64,000 bases of DNA from Escherichia coli 042 (GTDB lineage: Bacteria > Pseudomonadota > Gammaproteobacteria > Enterobacterales > Enterobacteriaceae): assembly GCF_000027125.1 (NCBI RefSeq), contig NC_017626.1. The stretch is one strand, 5' to 3'. Below are positions 60,223 to 64,000 of the stretch, piece after piece. Position numbers and translations under genes: made by a program. Numbering within the stretch: position 1 is the stretch's first letter; the number at the start of each line of letters is the position of its first letter. The notes under the pieces are model-generated. The model was not told the origin of the DNA, made no database searches, and saw nothing but the letters and a program-made list of their open reading frames with translations.

Positions 60223-62469
60223 CTATAACCCTCCGCGAATCAACCCGCCCATGCCGCGACGCTCCATAAAGGCTGCAACCTGATGGCGAACTTCGGTCGC
60301 CAGTTGCGCTTCCAGACTACGCTGCGCAAGATTTTCTGCTTCGGCATAATCAATGCGCCGCAGCAGGTATTTTACGCGCGCTACAGAACGTCCGTTCATA
60401 GACAGATGACGATACCCAAGCCCAATGAGGATTGCCACGCACATGGGATCGCCCGCCATTTCACCGCACAAACGGAGATCGATACCATGTATTTCCGCTT
60501 CCCGAGCGATCATCGCCAGAGCTCGTAACATTGCAGGATGAAGACTGTCATAAATGTTCGCCACCCGGGTATTGTTGCGATCAACGGCCAGGATGTATTG
60601 AGTCAGATCGTTGGTGCCAACAGAGATAAAATCGACCCGCTTTGCCAGATGCGGCAGCATAAATACCATTGACGGCACTTCAAGCATGATGCCGATACGT
60701 GGTTTGGGAATTTCGTAACCGATCATCTCCTCGACTTCACGTCCGGCACGTTCAATCAGGCGGCGTGCTTCGTCAACTTCATCGAGGCTGGTGACCATCG
60801 GCAACAGAATATTCAGGTTGCCCGTAGCGGCATTAGCACGCAGCATCGCCCGCACCTGGATCAAGAAGATCTCCGGCTGATCGAGCGTAATGCGAATCCC
60901 ACGCCAACCCAGGCATGGATTCTCTTCGCTGATCGGCATGTAAGGCAGCTGCTTATCTGCTCCGACATCCAGCGTACGCAAGGTGACGGGTTTATCATTG
61001 AACATTTGCAGCATCCCCTGATACTGCGCCACCTGTTCTTCTTCCGACGGAAAACCACTTTGCAGCATGAATGGGATTTCAGTGCGATAAAGACCGATGC
61101 CATCAATACGGCTGCCCAGTTTTTCTTCATGTTCCGGGCTTAAACCAGCATTGAGCATGACTTTTATACGCTCACCGCTTTTTAACTGGGCGGGTAAATT
61201 GACGTCATCTTCCGCCAGACGGCTAAGCTCAATCTCTTCACTAATTAGCCGCTGATATTCTTGCAGCAGTACCGGCTCCGGATCGACCAGCAATTCACCG
61301 CGATAGCCATCAACGATCAGCGTCCTACGATGCAGCACCGAAGGCTGAATATCCGCGCCCATCACGGTAGGGATCCCCAGCGCACGTACCATGATCGCAG
61401 CATGGGAGTTGGCTGCGCCATCTCGCACGACAACACCGACTAAGCGATCCTGGGGCAGCTCAGCAAGCGTTGTCGCTGACAGTTCATCTGCCACCAGAAT
61501 GAAACGTTCCGGCCAGGCATTCGGCCCTTGATTAGCGTCATCAAGATGAAACAGCAATCGCTGACCCAGCGCACGTAAATCGCCAGCCCGCTCTTTGAGA
61601 TAGTTATCGCTTAGCGCGGCAAACTGTTCGGCAAATTTTTCAATGACCGTTTTTACCGCCCACTCTGCCACCGAGCCTTTATCAACCTCGGCAAACAATT
61701 CGCGACGCAGCCGGGTGTCCGAAAGCAGGTGCGAGTAAAGATCGAAAATAGCCGCCGTTTCTTTTTGTGCACCGGCGGCAAAGCGTTTGCTGTAGCGGCG
61801 AAACTCGTTTGCCGCTCCTTCCAGCGCCCCGGTCAGTCGTTCGCGTTCCAGAGCCGGATCCAGCGTTGATGCCTGATACACCTGTTCCATTAAAGGTAAC
61901 GTGGCATCCTGCCAACCTTCGGCAATCGCCACACCAGGTGCTGCCGGTAATGCACGGATTCGCGTCTGGCGATATTGCCCAAACAAGGCAGTCAACTGCG
62001 ACTGAGAAAGAATAGCTGCCATCTGGGTGGCAAGCGTCACCAGGAAGGATTCTTCACTTTCGTCATACTGGCGCAACTCTCGTTGCTGTACCACCAGTAC
62101 ACCAAGCAACTGGCGACGTTGAATAATTGGTACGCCTAAAAACGCGCGGAAACGTTCTTCTTTTACGGAGGGGATGTATTTGAAGCTGGGGTGCTTTTGC
62201 GCATCTGCAAGGTTTATCGGTTCCGCCAGCCTGCCAACCAGGCCGACGATCCCTTCATCAAACGCGAGCGTTACAGTGCGACCGCGTGGTTTTTTCAGCC
62301 CCCGGGTCGCCATCAGGTAGTAACAACGTCGATCATGATCGGCCAGGTAGACCGAACAGACCTCGGTATCCATCGCAAGACAGATGTCGGTAACCAGAAT
62401 ATTTAACGCCTCATTCAGGCGTGGTGCGCTGGCTACCTTTTCGACTATTTCGCGCAGGCGAGTGAGCAT
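60223..62469 (-). CDS. ptsP: Nitrogen-PTS Enzyme I (GAF domain plus PEP-utilising enzyme)
   Basis: 748-aa ORF. Confidence 0.95.
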   Translation of the reverse strand: MLTRLREIVEKVASAPRLNEALNILVTDICLAMDTEVCSVYLADHDRRCYYLMATRGLKKPRGRTVTLAFDEGIVGLVGRLAEPINLADAQKHPSFKYIPSVKEERFRAFLGVPIIQRRQLLGVLVVQQRELRQYDESEESFLVTLATQMAAILSQSQLTALFGQYRQTRIRALPAAPGVAIAEGWQDATLPLMEQVYQASTLDPALERERLTGALEGAANEFRRYSKRFAAGAQKETAAIFDLYSHLLSDTRLRRELFAEVDKGSVAEWAVKTVIEKFAEQFAALSDNYLKERAGDLRALGQRLLFHLDDANQGPNAWPERFILVADELSATTLAELPQDRLVGVVVRDGAANSHAAIMVRALGIPTVMGADIQPSVLHRRTLIVDGYRGELLVDPEPVLLQEYQRLISEEIELSRLAEDDVNLPAQLKSGERIKVMLNAGLSPEHEEKLGSRIDGIGLYRTEIPFMLQSGFPSEEEQVAQYQGMLQMFNDKPVTLRTLDVGADKQLPYMPISEENPCLGWRGIRITLDQPEIFLIQVRAMLRANAATGNLNILLPMVTSLDEVDEARRLIERAGREVEEMIGYEIPKPRIGIMLEVPSMVFMLPHLAKRVDFISVGTNDLTQYILAVDRNNTRVANIYDSLHPAMLRALAMIAREAEIHGIDLRLCGEMAGDPMCVAILIGLGYRHLSMNGRSVARVKYLLRRIDYAEAENLAQRSLEAQLATEVRHQVAAFMERRGMGGLIRGGL

Positions 62470-62481
62470 AATTGGCGTGAC

Positions 62482-63012
62482 TTAACCTCTTTTACGTCGA
62501 TAAGCAGATGCGTTTTGTGGTTTTGGCGTATTTTCCTGCAGTGACATCACCACACTCGCGAACTCTTTCATTACCCTACGGTAGACATCACGTTTAAATG
62601 ACACCACCTGTCTGACTGGATACCAGTAACTTACCCATCGCCAGCCGTCAAACTCTGGTGTACTGCTGGTTTGCATATTGATTTCTGCATCGCCGCTCAC
62701 CAGCTGCAAGAGAAACCATTTTTGTTTTTGGCCGATACAAACCGGCTTCGTGTCCCAACGCACCAAACGTTTCGGTAATTTGTAGCGCAACCAGTTACGC
62801 GTTGAAGCAAGGATTCGAACGTCTTTGCGGCTTAATCCTACTTCTTCAAACAATTCACGGTACATCGCCTGCTCTGCGGATTCTCCGGGGTTGATTCCGC
62901 CTTGCGGAAATTGCCAGGAGTGCTGACCAAATCGCCGGGCCCACATTACCTGCCCCTGGCGATTACAAATCACGATACCTACGTTTGGGCGGTAGCCATC
63001 GTCATCAATCAC
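62482..63012 (-). CDS. rppH: RNA pyrophosphohydrolase (Nudix)
   Basis: 176-aa ORF from GTG start, [20 protein letters not shown], Nudix box. Confidence 0.9.
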
Positions 63013-63149
63013 CGGACTACCTCAAAATAAAGCTTTATATACGAATGATTGTTTCATACTCCAGGAAGACGGTAAACCACTCTCTGCAGGGCATTACACA
63101 CTAATAACAATTGAATAACTCACAGTTATGTGCAGAGTTATAAACAGAG

Positions 63150-63510
63150 GAAGGGGTGGATAGCCGTTTTTATTCACCTTTTCTGTGGATAGAGTTGTGA
63201 AGAACTACGGAATTACTACGGGAAAACCCAGAGCATTCTGAATAAGCCCGATATAGATATTTTAAAATATTCATTATCAGTCAATGCATTACATATAATT
63301 TGAGTAATAAAAAAGAGTAATTCGTGACCCAGGTCACACCTCTCATTTACGGGTTGGCGAAAGATCAACCAATGCGGTATTTATCCACAGAATGTGCCAC
63401 TAAGTTAAGCACTGAACCACTAAAAACTGGAGTTTCGTCGCACGTCAAGGCTGTAAATGGAAACAGTAGTGGAGGTTTTTCACAGTTATCCCAGCTTTCT
63501 GTGGATAACA
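63150..63510. promoter_or_regulatory. DnaA-box cluster consistent with DARS2 (DnaA-reactivating sequence 2) in the rppH-mutH intergenic region; boundaries approximate
   Basis: Three closely spaced DnaA-box-like 9-mers at 63155-63192 (GGTGGATAG, TTATTCACC, TGTGGATAG) and two perfect consensus boxes at 63381-63389 (TTATCCACA) and 63500-63508 (TGTGGATAA) in 684 bp of AT-rich noncoding DNA. Confidence 0.55.
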
Positions 63511-63696
63511 TGGTGTAAGATCCTGTTTATTTTCAGTGACCAGATTTGGAAAACCCATTGCAGTGTTGCGCAACTCGATTACCGGCAACCTAAAAAGCAA
63601 TATAAATCAGAGAATTGAACAACGCATGTGGAAAAAGTTACACTGCGAATATTCGGCACATAATTGCTGTTTGTTTTTTAACCAAGGTATCGTGAC

Positions 63697-64000
63697 ATGT
63701 CCCAACCTCACCCACTGCTCTCTCCTCCCGAAACTGAAGAACAGTTGTTAGCGCAAGCACAGCAACTTTCTGGTTATACATTGGGAGAACTGGCAGCACT
63801 TGCCGGGCTGGTTACACCAGAGAATTTAAAACGCGATAAGGGCTGGATTGGCGTGTTACTGGAGATCTGGCTAGGTGCCAGCGCAGGAAGTAAACCTGAG
63901 CAAGATTTTGCTGCTCTGGGCGTGGAACTTAAAACTATCCCTGTGGATAGTCTTGGTCGTCCGCTGGAAACAACATTCGTTTGTGTAGCCCCGTTAACGG
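63697..64000 (+). CDS. mutH: Methyl-directed mismatch repair endonuclease MutH, 5' portion (continues beyond window)
   Basis: ATG at 63697; [37 protein letters not shown]...; open to the window end. Confidence 0.9.
   Translation, partial: MSQPHPLLSPPETEEQLLAQAQQLSGYTLGELAALAGLVTPENLKRDKGWIGVLLEIWLGASAGSKPEQDFAALGVELKTIPVDSLGRPLETTFVCVAPLT

Noticed and set aside
63324-63751. Two small ORFs (64 and 71 aa) in the rppH-mutH intergenic region
   Set aside because: They overlap the DnaA-box cluster, lack convincing ribosome-binding sites, and the second runs into mutH in another frame. They are more likely noncoding DARS2 DNA, although a short annotated peptide gene here cannot be excluded without a database check.

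Overview
The window is a collinear stretch of Escherichia coli core chromosome, the region that in K-12 runs from ygcG/eno to mutH (about 63-64 min). I found no foreign island, mobile element, integrase, CRISPR array or candidate novel system; every long ORF is accounted for by a known housekeeping gene. Gene order: a truncated upstream ORF, ygcG, eno, pyrG, mazG, relA, rlmD, barA, gudD-gudX-gudP, yqcA, truC, yqcC, csrB sRNA, syd, queF, ppnN(ygdH), sdaC-sdaB, xni, fucO-fucA, fucP-fucI-fucK-fucU-fucR, rlmM, ygdD, gcvA, gcvB sRNA, ygdI, csdA-csdE, tcdA, mltA, three tandem initiator tRNA-fMet genes, amiC, argA, recD-recB-ptrA-recC, ppdC-ygdB-ppdB-ppdA, thyA, lgt, ptsP, rppH, and the 5' part of mutH. 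The most notable observation is an absence: the mazEF toxin-antitoxin pair that sits between relA and mazG in K-12 is missing, leaving a 95-bp spacer with a hairpin. Other points worth a second look are the DnaA-box cluster matching DARS2 between rppH and mutH, a 3 x 20-bp perfect tandem repeat plus a large inverted repeat between yqcA and gudP, a truncated ORF upstream of ygcG with the same Gly/Ser-rich tail, and a repeated inverted-motif family in the fuc divergent control region. Identifications rest on reading the translated ORFs and recognisable RNA sequences against remembered E. coli sequences; no database search was run, and coordinates of RNA ends and regulatory sites are approximate. 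Several gene starts were moved inward from the ORF-track coordinates to the start codon that gives the known protein N-terminus.
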